Assembly: GCA_964519305.1 (NCBI GenBank)
Contig: CAZFHY010000010.1
Coordinates: 32,001-96,000 of the forward strand
DNA length: 64,000 nucleotides
Source of the DNA: Candidatus Undinarchaeota archaeon
Lineage (GTDB): Archaea > SpSt-1190 > JASMDC01
Direction of reading: 5' to 3'
Shown: positions 12,201 through 20,947 of the stretch, piece after piece
How the letters are laid out: the number at the start of each line of letters is the position of its first letter
Position numbering within the stretch: position 1 is the first letter of the stretch
Notes under the pieces: model-generated
What the model was told of the DNA's origin: nothing
The model's database searches: none
Seen by the model: the letters and a program-made list of their open reading frames with translations, nothing else
Program-made: the position numbers and the translations under genes

Positions 12201-12264
12201 GACGCGCTGCACCGTCACACCTTTTAACTGTGACTGCCATTGCACCATGGAGGCGATCTCATGA
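6217..12264 (+). CDS. Giant Cys-rich secreted protein, paralogue 2: GH73-like glucosaminidase + M23 peptidase + degenerate NlpC/P60
   Basis: Signal peptide (MAAALAVAVALLLSGIPTVAA). Glucosaminidase-like ~6610-7050 (IDPAIALSFFQMESSYG..GNIR..FRAYDTW..KYAP). M23 ~8176-8568 (HHGLD, YGN, YGHL, GNTGCSTGQHLHFE). NlpC/P60 ~9301-9660 with DGPG instead of DCSG. Confidence 0.9.
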   Translation: MVRGFLSIGRMAAALAVAVALLLSGIPTVAADGDENPCAGLDIMAGTMNLPHGGGTDLNHVAFCIPAGTEGAAGCADHLKDEYGLEPVEGTDNQFEYTGEEELDPEAVLAEPGGERGQLVMSSSGLDVRINGAPSITEDGIRAWLSEKNPALLEADPDLPLTFYETSIEYNIDPAIALSFFQMESSYGKAGRATSTLSIGNIREYGDGPAIDGFRAYDTWSDGVEDYYQLLSGDVYVSSGLTTVEQIVPKYAPAADNNVPTQYINSVRATAEAIQQYEEVMGPDGGISTGSGGGARGCYPHRPTPRRLPDCPKMDNFDNVVDYLTEIEAMFDDMLKFYEPLVNELKHFRSVLFAEQAKCHGAINDFASRYGVPCEMDAFSASEEGEEEESEPEAEEDAGGSEAEPEEDTYEPSTGIEGDLHPEEEVTLSVYGPEVRDAHPLEALVLSDGFGPALCAAAVKDNCLADDAWQCRKGEGHLPAVVGTCSMCVAEGCWAGTGCGTCGEEDDSDDSEGEKKLTPVYTDGSSGTYPRSEDEALTGGTDPFGVKECKGEGLAEGERTYVVIERGVHANVEALELQRCQQAAIDVKDLCMLDGSGDFLGDGGVHGPTDVLVGLDDLIRDIESFVFDLGKLTDEVHKMAEETKKDLDGKDAINWPTAGSQTSGYGPRGALCADANLCKPHFHHGLDISQAGTVPVIAAADGKVSGLVKESSGSCYGNAVFLDHGNNLQTRYGHLRSLEVSMSQVVDQGQRIGLQGNTGCSTGQHLHFEIRVNGQSVDPLEVLEGKSNVFLLFHEAEIFSTMSKNAENIKPTQEALKAFVTFLREYTNDVCGAGGTSEGDVPSFLVGASDEWANGESCDVSFPPLFDGDDCTSTQDADTEEDPPEEEEEEAGTKPEESGEHLDDCPSEKHRGGCIATTTTTSVSDSNSDALDESIEILLSLAGWYPDELFLDDEKCFGYNTEGGNPSVSGSASPGGSPDPGSESFGTDEGAEDDLLPGQDAEEGDDDPLVQCCQRLFNTETVTGTGGAIAYTAHSWLGVAYALGGSDRVGVDGPGLVLGVMRENGFELPRTAAAQLGSCEQLGGMRIAWNVLRPGDLVFLKDDGSTDVSHTGVFVGDDLIVNAPGPEGVVRLDKLSTLRHRWSGGCRIGSSASSDAIVVSWCQEEVDELCCRGPGLELELAISEEACGMSCDELCDRKHTRHTVAHTLCRHACGARDEQCDGKTDESACEVDSVEGLCCEEKCMVHALMCASRVEVCIDIRDGEQCSFGGDDGICCGGRCLTGGGACTPCAVGPTWAKDPANGECEQFESVCDVPTGRTDCGPCSEVDAFGKDPATGKCERFDSPCDVPYGWSECEGHGCASLDDGAVCSIDGTAGICCGGGCTVGATSCMDDPTVCTDVGEGEACATDSAGVCCNERCAVGAVACGECPRAVTHAYDPSRGQCVRYDTPCDVPKGWPPCIASSCLTECQNAHPSNPALAHACREQCEGADISCEERCLAASDDTDERTSCIGQCSNDVTSSMPETLRYCETGCLSDDDAQTGLCMSMCRATHPHVNIELAIVRGEQEASSLFTGERPRLRIIAENRGSREFAGSIEAVLRELSACTCPACPSGDVCHCGCDTGERPVVRFDDVMLGVGKKTTYLSDPFILPATLAGTTLQPAATLRDASGRTVGAPRGPFYGVAAPGPVSIDDAQFTVDGRERATTAAPGSTATASLILTTARAPTSVTVSVVTAVGVPVEGTERIHELPFPVQNKALATGPLTVTSAQAGSLFRISYRIESGGVELAAGVLDEQGRPPGMCDGRELTTECEQLHLQAHRSYPHAFLEVLRPKLVATDASFMDADGREAILMPAGKTVRAMVELANPSGRPFTGTVTVSVTQEDGSTALGSDQTIEVERGLDGSLSRSFETASFQTTAGRSYRIRVLGKDRDGAVWLDEIVQTVLFPMAGLNVPESAVSGISRNDVFTSVDHEDCRAKVTCVQCLSTCELRVERTRCTVTPFNCDCHCTMEAIS

Positions 12265-15200
12265 GGTCGAGGGTGCTCGCTATCCTTTGTGTACTGGCAC
12301 TAGCCCTTGCTCTCGCCAGGCCCACGGTGAGCGTGTTCGTCAACGGTGGCCAGATCCACTCATCCTCCAATGACGGGAGCGTTGCTGCCGCAAACGCTGA
12401 CGCACCTGTCACGGTAAAGTGCACCGGGAGCGACTCCCAGGAGAGCCACATCGATATGTACATCGATGACTACTCATCGGGCCAGTTCATCTGGGGCGAT
12501 GCGTGGAACAGCGTTGTCGATGTCACCTACGACGTGGAGGGCACATACTCACTGCGCTGTCAGGGCAGGGTCGACTGCGGCGCCTCGAACATGGGCCCCT
12601 CCTGTCGCACCTACATCACTGTCACAGTGCCCGTTGGAGCAGCGACACCTACACCCGGTCCTGGCGGGCCGGGAGGTCCCGGCGGCCCTGGTGGTCCTTC
12701 AGGTCCCTCAGGTCCCCTCCCCGAGGGATGCATCGAGCCGGACCACGAACGCTACTGTGACGCATACGACCGGCTGTTCTCCCCCGACAACATCCGCCAG
12801 TACGACGCATCGATCAGGTCCAACGACGGTCTTATGCCACTGGTCGTGAACGGTGACGTGTACCCGTGCTACGAGGGTTGCAGCGACGGGAAGTGCTCCG
12901 GCGGTGACGGCACGGTGGTGTACGGCTCCGGCGTAGGGAGCCATGACCGGGCCAAGGCTCTCGTGCTGGGCGCTGAGCTGGGGATGCCTGTCGTCGAGCA
13001 CACCGGCGCGGTCCCTGGCGGCAATCTGGTGCTCCTGGGCTCGAGCACGTCCAACTCGGTGCTCGATGGTGTGGAGGACGGGATGCGTGTGCGGTACGAC
13101 CAGACCACAAACAAGGTGTTCGTGGGCAGCGAGGAGCTGGACTTCACCGCGGGCGAGCTGGCCGCGCGGTACGACGCGCCATTCATCGTGGCCTTCGAGG
13201 AGCAGGGCGGACGGTTCATCGTGGCGCTGGCCGGCAACGACCAGGCGGGCACCGCGAACGCTGCCAGCGAGTTCCAGAAGAACCTGTGCGAACCCACGTT
13301 CCGGTCCACCGTGTACGGCCTGCTGAAGGGAAGCGGCCGACCCGAGCCGGTCAAGGTGGACGATGGTGGTCAGACCATCGGCGAACGCTTCTGCCGTGAG
13401 CGGGAGGACGGCGAGGCGGGCGAGGTCCACGGATACTCACCGACGGTCGACTGGACCCACACCGACACGGACCCGACACCGCTGGGCGTGCTCGACACGG
13501 GTCTCATCGCCTGTCCCGAAGGCTGGTTCGACAACACGGTCGACTTCCGCACGGACGTGCTAACCACGCTCGACAATCTCCGCGACCTGTACAAGGTGCT
13601 CGGAGCCCACCTGGAAACGCTAGAGGACGCTCTTGACCAGCAGAAGGACCACTGTGCTTCGGCCCTGGGCACTCTGGGTACATTCCAGAACCCCGGACTG
13701 GAGGACGTGGACCTGAGCGACGCCTGCGACGTCGCACCTTGGGACGAGGAGACCGTGGCTACGTCCATGGTCCCCGAGGAGTGCCACCTCCCCAGCCCCG
13801 CCCGGCCCCGGACCTACTACTCCACCTCCTACCAGCGCGTCGTCGACGTCAAGGACGTGTGCACGCTCGACGGCTCGGGCACGCTCCTGGGCGACGAGAC
13901 CACTCACGGCCCCACACGCGTACTGGACAAGGTCACGGTCATGCGCAGCTTCGTGGACCACTTCCTCACCAGTTACCCCGATCTCCGTTCCACGATCAGC
14001 TTGCTGATCGACAACGAGCTCACCGAGATATCTCTTAGCGGCGAGGAGCCCGCTAACGACGCCGTCCCGCTGGTCGAGCGCCTGTCAGCCATCCTCATAG
14101 AGATGTCCCGCGATCCCGACACTGACATGGGTGCTGAGGAGTTCAAGGCCATGCTCGCTGACCTCATCCGGATGCTCCGGACATCGTCCACTGTCGAGGA
14201 CGTCTCGACACTAGGACACGTGTACCCCGGCCTCATGCTCTCGGACAGATGCGGTCCGGGCGAGGGTGACATCACCGACGACAACACCGATGAGTGGTCG
14301 GTACGTCAGCAGCAGGCAGTCCAGGCATTGGCCGCCATCGAAGCGGAGGACGTATTCATCTCGGCCGAAGAGTGCTTCGAGTACGCGTCGCGCTCGGAGG
14401 CCGGCTGCTCACGTATCTGTCGGGAGGAGTGCGGAGCGGATGCGGGCCATTGCCAGCGTCACCTGGGTATGTGCGTATGCCACAATCCAGACGGCACCCG
14501 TACAGCGACCACCCACTCCTGCACCGGGCCCATCATCGAGGAGGATGCCAAGCACATCATCGCCTGCTGTCTCAACGACCTCGGCGGTGTCGCAGCGGTC
14601 CCCCCTGCGCTAGGCGAGGAGGGCTCCTGCTCGGGACCGGACGTGCCAGGATTGACCTTCGACATCTGCTCCGACGAGTCGGGATACCTGTGCTGCATAC
14701 CTGGCGGGCTCGAGGCGGAAGAACGGGCCGACGACACCTGCACCATGGAATGCGGGCCCATGTGCGCCCTTATCCATCCCGACGACGAGGACGCTCGCAT
14801 CGCGTGCGTGGGCACGTGCACCTCGGATGCGGGATGTACGGACCGGGACGGCGATACCTGCGTGGTGGGCGCCAGCGAGGGTGCGTGCTGCGGAGGTACA
14901 TGCGTGGCCGGAGCTTCGGGCTGCGATGCCGGCTCAGGGTCAGGCTGCGCCGGGCTGAGTGACGGCGAGGCCTGTACTAGCGCAGTGGGCGTGTGCTGTG
15001 GAGGCTCGTGCGCCCTGGACGCCACGGACTGCGGTAGTCTGAGCACCTGCAACGATATGTGCCGGGACCTCGTGGCCATCGACCAGGTGTCCGCGTGCAC
15101 CACGGTGTGCGTGGAGATGGACGTGTCCTGCGAGGAGGGGTGCGGCGCGTTCCCCGATCCGGGTCCGTGCCTGCGCAAGTGCGGTAACGGCGCCGACGAG

Positions 15201-16757
15201 GACGGTGATGGCCGAACGGACGAGGACCCCATTGACGGCCGGGACAACGACGGCGACGGGAGGATGGACGAGGACGGTCCCGGTGAGAGCGTACCATCGT
15301 CACTGGTCACCTGCCAGCGCGAGTGTCTGGACGGGGACGACGCCGTACGGTGTCTGCGTGAGTGCAAGCTATCCATGCCCCGCGTCGACGTCCGCCTGGC
15401 CATCCTTCGTGGACTTGCCGAACAGCGCACATTCTACCACGGCGAGCGTGTCCGCCTCTCGCTCGAGGTGCGCAACTCAGGGTTCCGCGCCTTCGCTGGA
15501 GCTGCCGACCTCGCACTCCATCTCCTGCCATCATGCTCCTGCCCGGAGTGCCCCCAGGGCTTCGTATGCCCATGCTCGTGCACCGAGGAACGACGGTTCG
15601 CAGGCTCGCTCTCGAGCATCGTGCTACCGCCGGGCAGCGACTACCACGCACTCACCGGAGAGATCGCCCTCAACGGCGACCTGACGGTGACGGCCGTCCA
15701 ACCGGGCGCCGTACTGCGCCGCGCAGGGGGCGAGGTAGTGCTCGACGCACGGGGCCCCATCTCGTTCATGGTGGTGCCCGACATGCTCACCGTGGCCGAC
15801 GCCTACTTCCTCCGCGACGCGGAAAGGACGACCGAGGGCTACACCGGCGAGCAGGTCGTCGGGGCTGTGACCGTGACCAGCCATACCTATCCGGCGACGG
15901 TGGAGGTGTTCCTCGCCGACGTGCAGAACCAGATGGTGGACGGCTCGGCAAAGGTCCACGAGATCGCGGGGCCTGTTCAGGAGCTCGAGCTCACAACAGA
16001 GACGCTCACACTGGCTCACGAGCACGCCAATGCGGTGTTCTCCATCGGGGTGGAGGTGCGCGACGGTGAAGGTGCCGTGGTCGGCCGCCAGGTGCTCCCC
16101 GGCCAGGGGTACGCTACCAGCCGGTGCAAAGGCCGCGTGATGAACACGTGGTGCGAAGGCGAGCGGTCCCGGGTCCGTCTGGGATATCCCGACGCGAGCC
16201 TGGAAGTGCGGCCCTTGGAGCTCGAGATAGTGGACGCCGCCTTCACAGACGCTACGAACAATCCCCTGGACGAGATGTACACCGCCGGCGAGGCCCGGGC
16301 CACGCTGACGGTGCGCAACACGGTCCCCAAGTCCTTCGTGGGCACAGTGCTCGTCCGCGCCGTGAGCAAGGAGGGTCTGGTAGTGGGCGGGAGCGAGGAG
16401 CGACGCACGATCGCCCTTGGCCGTGGAGACACGTCCGAGCTCACAGGCCAGATGTTCCCGACGACCCTGGGCGAGAATTACCGACTTTGGGTGGTCGCCG
16501 AGCACCAGGACGGAACGGTGTGGACCGACGCCCTGGTCCCGTCCAATGTCTTTATGTACGCTGAGCTCGGTGTGCTGGACCCGACAGCGACCGATGGTGA
16601 GCGCACTGACATCTACACCACTGTGTCACAGGACCCGTGCGGTATGAGCATCTACTGTGAGAACTGTCTCGTGGGATGTGAACTACGTGTGGACCGGGAG
16701 CGGTGTAAGGTCTCAAAGCGCTTCTGCGCCTGCGAGTGCGCCTCCCTGCCGCTCTAG
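12261..16757 (+). CDS. Giant Cys-rich secreted protein, paralogue 3: S-layer-like domain and DxDGDG repeats, no hydrolase
   Basis: ATG 12261 overlaps the upstream TGA (ATGA), with GGAGG before it; signal peptide MRSRVLAILCVLALALALA. Pro/Gly linker. NLVLLGS...ALAGNDQAGTANAA resembles archaeal S-layer C-terminal domains. Same scaffold motifs as paralogues 1 and 2. Confidence 0.88.
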   Translation: MRSRVLAILCVLALALALARPTVSVFVNGGQIHSSSNDGSVAAANADAPVTVKCTGSDSQESHIDMYIDDYSSGQFIWGDAWNSVVDVTYDVEGTYSLRCQGRVDCGASNMGPSCRTYITVTVPVGAATPTPGPGGPGGPGGPGGPSGPSGPLPEGCIEPDHERYCDAYDRLFSPDNIRQYDASIRSNDGLMPLVVNGDVYPCYEGCSDGKCSGGDGTVVYGSGVGSHDRAKALVLGAELGMPVVEHTGAVPGGNLVLLGSSTSNSVLDGVEDGMRVRYDQTTNKVFVGSEELDFTAGELAARYDAPFIVAFEEQGGRFIVALAGNDQAGTANAASEFQKNLCEPTFRSTVYGLLKGSGRPEPVKVDDGGQTIGERFCREREDGEAGEVHGYSPTVDWTHTDTDPTPLGVLDTGLIACPEGWFDNTVDFRTDVLTTLDNLRDLYKVLGAHLETLEDALDQQKDHCASALGTLGTFQNPGLEDVDLSDACDVAPWDEETVATSMVPEECHLPSPARPRTYYSTSYQRVVDVKDVCTLDGSGTLLGDETTHGPTRVLDKVTVMRSFVDHFLTSYPDLRSTISLLIDNELTEISLSGEEPANDAVPLVERLSAILIEMSRDPDTDMGAEEFKAMLADLIRMLRTSSTVEDVSTLGHVYPGLMLSDRCGPGEGDITDDNTDEWSVRQQQAVQALAAIEAEDVFISAEECFEYASRSEAGCSRICREECGADAGHCQRHLGMCVCHNPDGTRTATTHSCTGPIIEEDAKHIIACCLNDLGGVAAVPPALGEEGSCSGPDVPGLTFDICSDESGYLCCIPGGLEAEERADDTCTMECGPMCALIHPDDEDARIACVGTCTSDAGCTDRDGDTCVVGASEGACCGGTCVAGASGCDAGSGSGCAGLSDGEACTSAVGVCCGGSCALDATDCGSLSTCNDMCRDLVAIDQVSACTTVCVEMDVSCEEGCGAFPDPGPCLRKCGNGADEDGDGRTDEDPIDGRDNDGDGRMDEDGPGESVPSSLVTCQRECLDGDDAVRCLRECKLSMPRVDVRLAILRGLAEQRTFYHGERVRLSLEVRNSGFRAFAGAADLALHLLPSCSCPECPQGFVCPCSCTEERRFAGSLSSIVLPPGSDYHALTGEIALNGDLTVTAVQPGAVLRRAGGEVVLDARGPISFMVVPDMLTVADAYFLRDAERTTEGYTGEQVVGAVTVTSHTYPATVEVFLADVQNQMVDGSAKVHEIAGPVQELELTTETLTLAHEHANAVFSIGVEVRDGEGAVVGRQVLPGQGYATSRCKGRVMNTWCEGERSRVRLGYPDASLEVRPLELEIVDAAFTDATNNPLDEMYTAGEARATLTVRNTVPKSFVGTVLVRAVSKEGLVVGGSEERRTIALGRGDTSELTGQMFPTTLGENYRLWVVAEHQDGTVWTDALVPSNVFMYAELGVLDPTATDGERTDIYTTVSQDPCGMSIYCENCLVGCELRVDRERCKVSKRFCACECASLPL
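12645..12722 (+). repeat. Pro/Gly low-complexity linker (TPTPGPGGPGGPGGPSGPSGPLP)
   Basis: GGP/SGP triplet repeats in frame. Confidence 0.8.
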
Positions 16758-16764
16758 GGGCACC

Positions 16765-17109
16765 CTACCAGGCGGTCATCTCCTTACGGACCTCGTCGGT
16801 CCACCGCGCGATGATCCCGAGGATCCGCTGCTTGAGCTGGTCCTTGTCCTTGATAGAGTAGAAGAATGTATAACCGCCTCGGGGATTATTGGACTGGCGG
16901 CGGCGGAGGATGTTCTTTTCGGTGAGCGACATGACCGCGCGCTGCACCGTGGTCCGGTCCTTGTCGAGGTCCTTGGCTATCTCGCGTGCCATGAGCTCTT
17001 CTGCGTTGGAGAGAAGATGCATCATCACTGCGTACTCGGTCCTTGAGAGCTCGAACCCGCAGGTAACGATCTCCTTGAACGATACGGTGCGGCAGGCGAA
17101 GGTCGCCAT
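16765..17109 (-). CDS. TrmB-like archaeal HTH transcriptional regulator
   Basis: CGFELSRTEY..EIAKDLDKDRTTVQRAV..L...RR......GGYTFFY pattern; start taken at MATFAC. Confidence 0.8.
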   Translation of the reverse strand: MATFACRTVSFKEIVTCGFELSRTEYAVMMHLLSNAEELMAREIAKDLDKDRTTVQRAVMSLTEKNILRRRQSNNPRGGYTFFYSIKDKDQLKQRILGIIARWTDEVRKEMTAW

Positions 17110-17171
17110 GGGGCGCGATCGGCACCTCATCAATATCAACCTTTCGCCCGCCGCTATGGGCGCGGGTCCGC

Positions 17172-17498
17172 TCAGGATGAGAGAACGGCGTCCAGCTTCG
17201 TTTTCACGACTTCCTTGTTCCCGAAGCCTACGATCTGTCCCACCGGTTTACCATCGCGAAGTGCGATGAGCGTGGGGATACCGCGTATGCTGAACTGAGC
17301 AGCCAGCGTCGGCTGTTCGTCAGTGTTCACACGTGCGAACTTCACCTTGCCGCCATACTCGGCCGACAGCTGCTCGAACACGGGATGCATCATCTTGCAC
17401 GGCCCGCACCACGGTGCCCAGAAGTCGATGACCACCGGTGTCTCGCTCTTCAGTGCTTCCTGCTCGAAGTTCTCGTTTGTAAGGTCGATTATCGCCAT
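17172..17498 (-). CDS. trxA: Thioredoxin
   Basis: DFWAPWCGPCK, IRGIPTL; 108 aa. Confidence 0.97.
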   Translation of the reverse strand: MAIIDLTNENFEQEALKSETPVVIDFWAPWCGPCKMMHPVFEQLSAEYGGKVKFARVNTDEQPTLAAQFSIRGIPTLIALRDGKPVGQIVGFGNKEVVKTKLDAVLSS

Positions 17499-17628
17499 GG
17501 TATCACGCTCTTTCGGTCGTTAGTGACCATCTCTTTACGAAGATAGAGTCATCGGGCCCTTATAAGAAAGAGAGGAGGGGTGCACAATAGACCGTTGAGG
17601 ACGCACTCCTCCCTGTGTCGGACCCGTT

Positions 17629-18027
17629 CTACGTATCGGAGATGGTCCGTATCAGGTCGGTCATGGTGATGATCCCAACGATGGTCAGACGCCCTTTAAG
17701 GTCGCTGGGATGGGCGACGATCAGCCTCTGCACGTGGTGCTCGGTCATCTTGGCGGCCGCTTCCTTCAGGGTCGACCCCGGTCGTATAGTGATCAGGTCG
17801 CGCGTGATGACCTCCTCTGCGGTCAGAGCGTTGAAGTCGGCCCGGGCCATCGAGCTCACAATATCCCTTGTAGAAATCACACCCCACGGGTTCCCCTTCT
17901 CGTCCCGTACCAATACTGCCCGTATCCTGTTTTTGATCAGGATCCCGGAGATCTCCCTGAGCGTCGATCCGAGCCGTGCCGATACGATGTCCTTGGACAT
18001 TACGTCCTTTACCTGCATGTCTAGCAT
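17629..18027 (-). CDS. CBS-pair domain protein
   Basis: VKDVMSKDIV..GVISTRDI; second repeat TLKEAAAKM..VGIITMTDL; start uncertain (18027 or 18018). Confidence 0.88.
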   Translation of the reverse strand: MLDMQVKDVMSKDIVSARLGSTLREISGILIKNRIRAVLVRDEKGNPWGVISTRDIVSSMARADFNALTAEEVITRDLITIRPGSTLKEAAAKMTEHHVQRLIVAHPSDLKGRLTIVGIITMTDLIRTISDT

Positions 18028-18190
18028 CCGCTTCCCCAGTATACTTAGTAGTCCGAGACATATAAGGTCTGCGCCACAGGGGCCGTCCGGACGTTCTTGG
18101 ACGCGCTGCAAGGATCATCCGACAGGAGGCGGCCGTTAATCCCGATTGAGTTCGGATATACTATGTATCGAATGGGATCGCATGAAATTA

Positions 18191-19366
18191 TCAGTCATAG
18201 CTGCAAATTATCGCTTGATCCCTTGCATCGATCTTGGTAAAGATCACAAGGCCCTTGTGCCTTCCCTTACCCCTGACCTTTCTGTGGATGGTACGCAGGT
18301 CGATCTTTACCCCTCTTGCCTTGAAGTCCACCCGTCCGATACCGAGTTCGGACAAGGCAGTATTGATCGCTCCCAGCTCCGGGCCCAGCACTCGTTTGAC
18401 AAGATATCTCTTGAGAAGGGGGGTCTCGACCCTTTCATCCCCGGTAAGATAAGCGATCTTGGAATTGACAAGACTCAATCCGAACTCCTTTGCCAGGTCC
18501 TCGCTCATACGCGCTTTGATGAACGCGGGATCGGGCTCGTACAGGTATCTGCAGGGTGCGGATCGAGGAATGTCCGGTCCATCTTCTTCCTTTATCCGAG
18601 TGATACCTTCCGGTAATTTGGTGGCCAAGGTCCGGTTCCAATAAGATGATCCTTTGAAGTCCCCGAACCAGAGCATGACCTCCTTGACCTCTCCCTTGTA
18701 GGAGACTACCTCGATATCGCAATCAAGTTCGATCCTGGCCAGGTCCGTACCTGGAGATATCTTGACGCAGATGCTCGGCGAGATCGTCCGGAGCTTCTCT
18801 ACGAACGACAGGGGGGGTTCATACTCCTCGGTCTTTACCGTTCGTTCTTCTCCGGACCTCCTACTGGGATCGAAGAAGATGCAATCCACATCCTTCACAT
18901 TCTCGATGAACTCTTTATCGTCCAGTAATTTGACGCAATCTCCCTGGATGAAGTCGACCTTGTCCTCCAGATCATAGACGGTCACGTTGTGTCGTGCCAT
19001 CTCAAGGGTGGCCTTGTCCTTCTCGACCGCAACTACCTTCCATCGTGTCGCCATGGCGATAGTATCCCCACCGATCCCACAGCACACGTCCAGGGACCGT
19101 TCGATCTTACTCAGGGCCGACCTCATCTTCCACGTCCGGTATTCCGCCACATATTTCGAGGAGGCCTGGGCAAGGCCTTCCCTGCTGAACTTCATCAGAT
19201 GTGCTCGCGGGAACTTCAGTCTGCCCTTGACCAGGAAATGAACACGTTCCAGGATGTCCTCTATCTGGTCCTTATCCAATCCTTTCTTGTTCAGGATCGA
19301 GCGTCTCTTGCAGACATCCCGCACCTTCACGAGCTCTTCGATCAATCGATCCATGGTCACGCTCAA
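18191..19366 (-). CDS. Class I SAM methyltransferase with THUMP-like C-terminus (probable RNA methyltransferase)
   Basis: LAQASS..VA.YR; LDVCCGIGGD; FFDPSRR; KISPG; YLYEPDPAFIKA. Confidence 0.85.
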   Translation of the reverse strand: MSVTMDRLIEELVKVRDVCKRRSILNKKGLDKDQIEDILERVHFLVKGRLKFPRAHLMKFSREGLAQASSKYVAEYRTWKMRSALSKIERSLDVCCGIGGDTIAMATRWKVVAVEKDKATLEMARHNVTVYDLEDKVDFIQGDCVKLLDDKEFIENVKDVDCIFFDPSRRSGEERTVKTEEYEPPLSFVEKLRTISPSICVKISPGTDLARIELDCDIEVVSYKGEVKEVMLWFGDFKGSSYWNRTLATKLPEGITRIKEEDGPDIPRSAPCRYLYEPDPAFIKARMSEDLAKEFGLSLVNSKIAYLTGDERVETPLLKRYLVKRVLGPELGAINTALSELGIGRVDFKARGVKIDLRTIHRKVRGKGRHKGLVIFTKIDARDQAIICSYD

Positions 19367-19541
19367 TGACCACCCCCGGTAGCAATATAAACCAATCCAC
19401 CGGTCCGGGATATCTCAGGTGCCGGAGGGGTGCTCCCCTGGAGGTTATTCCGACACCACGACCTCCACCTATCCCAGGAAGAGCTTCTGTGGACCCCCCA
19501 CTATACGACGTGACGACCGCTGTCCGGCCTTCTCGTTAGTC

Positions 19542-20054
19542 CTACACGACGCAGGTATCGTCCTTGAAGTAGTCCTTCTCGGCGACCTTTGCCCACCGGC
19601 CCCTGGTCATCATGGCCTCTTCCGAGGCGGATGTGTAGCACTCCCCGCCCTCGAACTTGTAGTGTTTCGCGAGGTCAACCGCGCCACCTTTGCCGTCGAG
19701 GAGGACACAGCACCCGCACTTGAGCTTGGTCGTCTCGTCCTTGATGCCATCGCATTCGCTCCATTCGTCCTCCATGCTGTGGAGGTAGGGATAGAGCTTA
19801 TGGTCGTCAGGTACTGTCCCATCGCCCATGTCCCGGGAGCTTGCGTACTTCGCGGTGCTCTTCAGGCAGACGTCGTCCTGACTGGAGATCTTGAGGACGT
19901 TCATGCAGTCATCGCAGGTCTCTTCCACCAACCGGGAGTCTCTGTACGCTGGAACGTAGCTCTCCTTCCCCTTGCAGACATCGTTGTCGCAGCAGCAGCC
20001 GGCGAGGAGGACGGCCAGCACTAGGATTAGTAATACGTTAAGTTGCCTTCCCAT
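19542..20054 (-). CDS. Cys-rich putative lipoprotein
   Basis: MGRQLNVLLILVLAVLLAG-C lipobox-like signal; many Cys. Confidence 0.7.
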   Translation of the reverse strand: MGRQLNVLLILVLAVLLAGCCCDNDVCKGKESYVPAYRDSRLVEETCDDCMNVLKISSQDDVCLKSTAKYASSRDMGDGTVPDDHKLYPYLHSMEDEWSECDGIKDETTKLKCGCCVLLDGKGGAVDLAKHYKFEGGECYTSASEEAMMTRGRWAKVAEKDYFKDDTCVV

Positions 20055-20102
20055 GCATTTTTCGAGTCGCTGCAAGTTAATAAAAGTACTGTCGGTCCTT
20101 GC

Positions 20103-20789
20103 TCACCGGTCGGCTAGCGACAGTTCCACGATTATATCGTCCCTCGACGTGGACGCACCGACGCTGGACCGCACGTTCATCCCGCTGACGTACGAGACCC
20201 GCAGAGCGCTCCGTCCCGAGGGGATGTCCCCGAGACCGCTCGTCCGGACCCGTATGCTGTGCTTCCCGTCGATCACCCTGTCCAGGTCGAACTTGCAGGT
20301 GAACGTCGCAGGCCCTGGTCCCTTGAGGATACCGCAGAACGTCGACTCCCCCTCGAACGAGAGCTGAAGGGGGTTCCCGTCCAGCTCGGGCACTCGGTCC
20401 ATTGCGATCGGCAGCTCGTACCGGACGATGTTCCTTCCTGTGTTCGAGTCCTTCCCGATCCCGAGCACACCCTTTCCGACGTCCAGCGGGACGACGAAGG
20501 TCGCCTGCTGGAGCGCAGACTCGTCGATGTACCCGGACAATGAGGTGAGCATGGACCCGATCCTCTCGATCCTCAGCTGCTCGCACCCGGTGCACGTGAG
20601 AGCGTCCGGAGAAGTGAAGTAGTCGAGGGCGCCGCCGGACGGGCCGTCCGCCTCGCAGATCCTGCAATGGAAGGATGGTTCCAGGAACACAAGGTTGCTT
20701 GCCGAGCATAGTACCAGGACCGTGATGAAGAACTCGAAGCGTCGCACGACAAGGTGCTCCAGTTTCAAGATGAAGTCTTTCTCCGCCAT
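20103..20789 (-). CDS. Hypothetical membrane-anchored protein
   Basis: 228-aa ORF with an N-terminal hydrophobic segment; TATA-like TTTAATA upstream. Confidence 0.65.
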   Translation of the reverse strand: MAEKDFILKLEHLVVRRFEFFITVLVLCSASNLVFLEPSFHCRICEADGPSGGALDYFTSPDALTCTGCEQLRIERIGSMLTSLSGYIDESALQQATFVVPLDVGKGVLGIGKDSNTGRNIVRYELPIAMDRVPELDGNPLQLSFEGESTFCGILKGPGPATFTCKFDLDRVIDGKHSIRVRTSGLGDIPSGRSALRVSYVSGMNVRSSVGASTSRDDIIVELSLADR

Positions 20790-20947
20790 CCTTCGGTCAT
20801 CCTATCCAACATGGAGTATTAAATCATTCCCGGTTTTTCGGGCGGTCCCGACGCAGGGAAATGCATGCTGTCCCCCGGTACGGGCAGAGCGCTCCAGGGG
20901 CGACAACACCACAAAGCATAAGTACGACCGCACCACCGTCACCCACC

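Noticed and set aside
1-16757. Eukaryotic or myxobacterial origin of the Cys-rich giants
   Set aside because: No introns, operon-style ATGA coupling with a GGAGG SD, contiguity with archaeal markers, and a paralogue beside class III signal-peptide genes.
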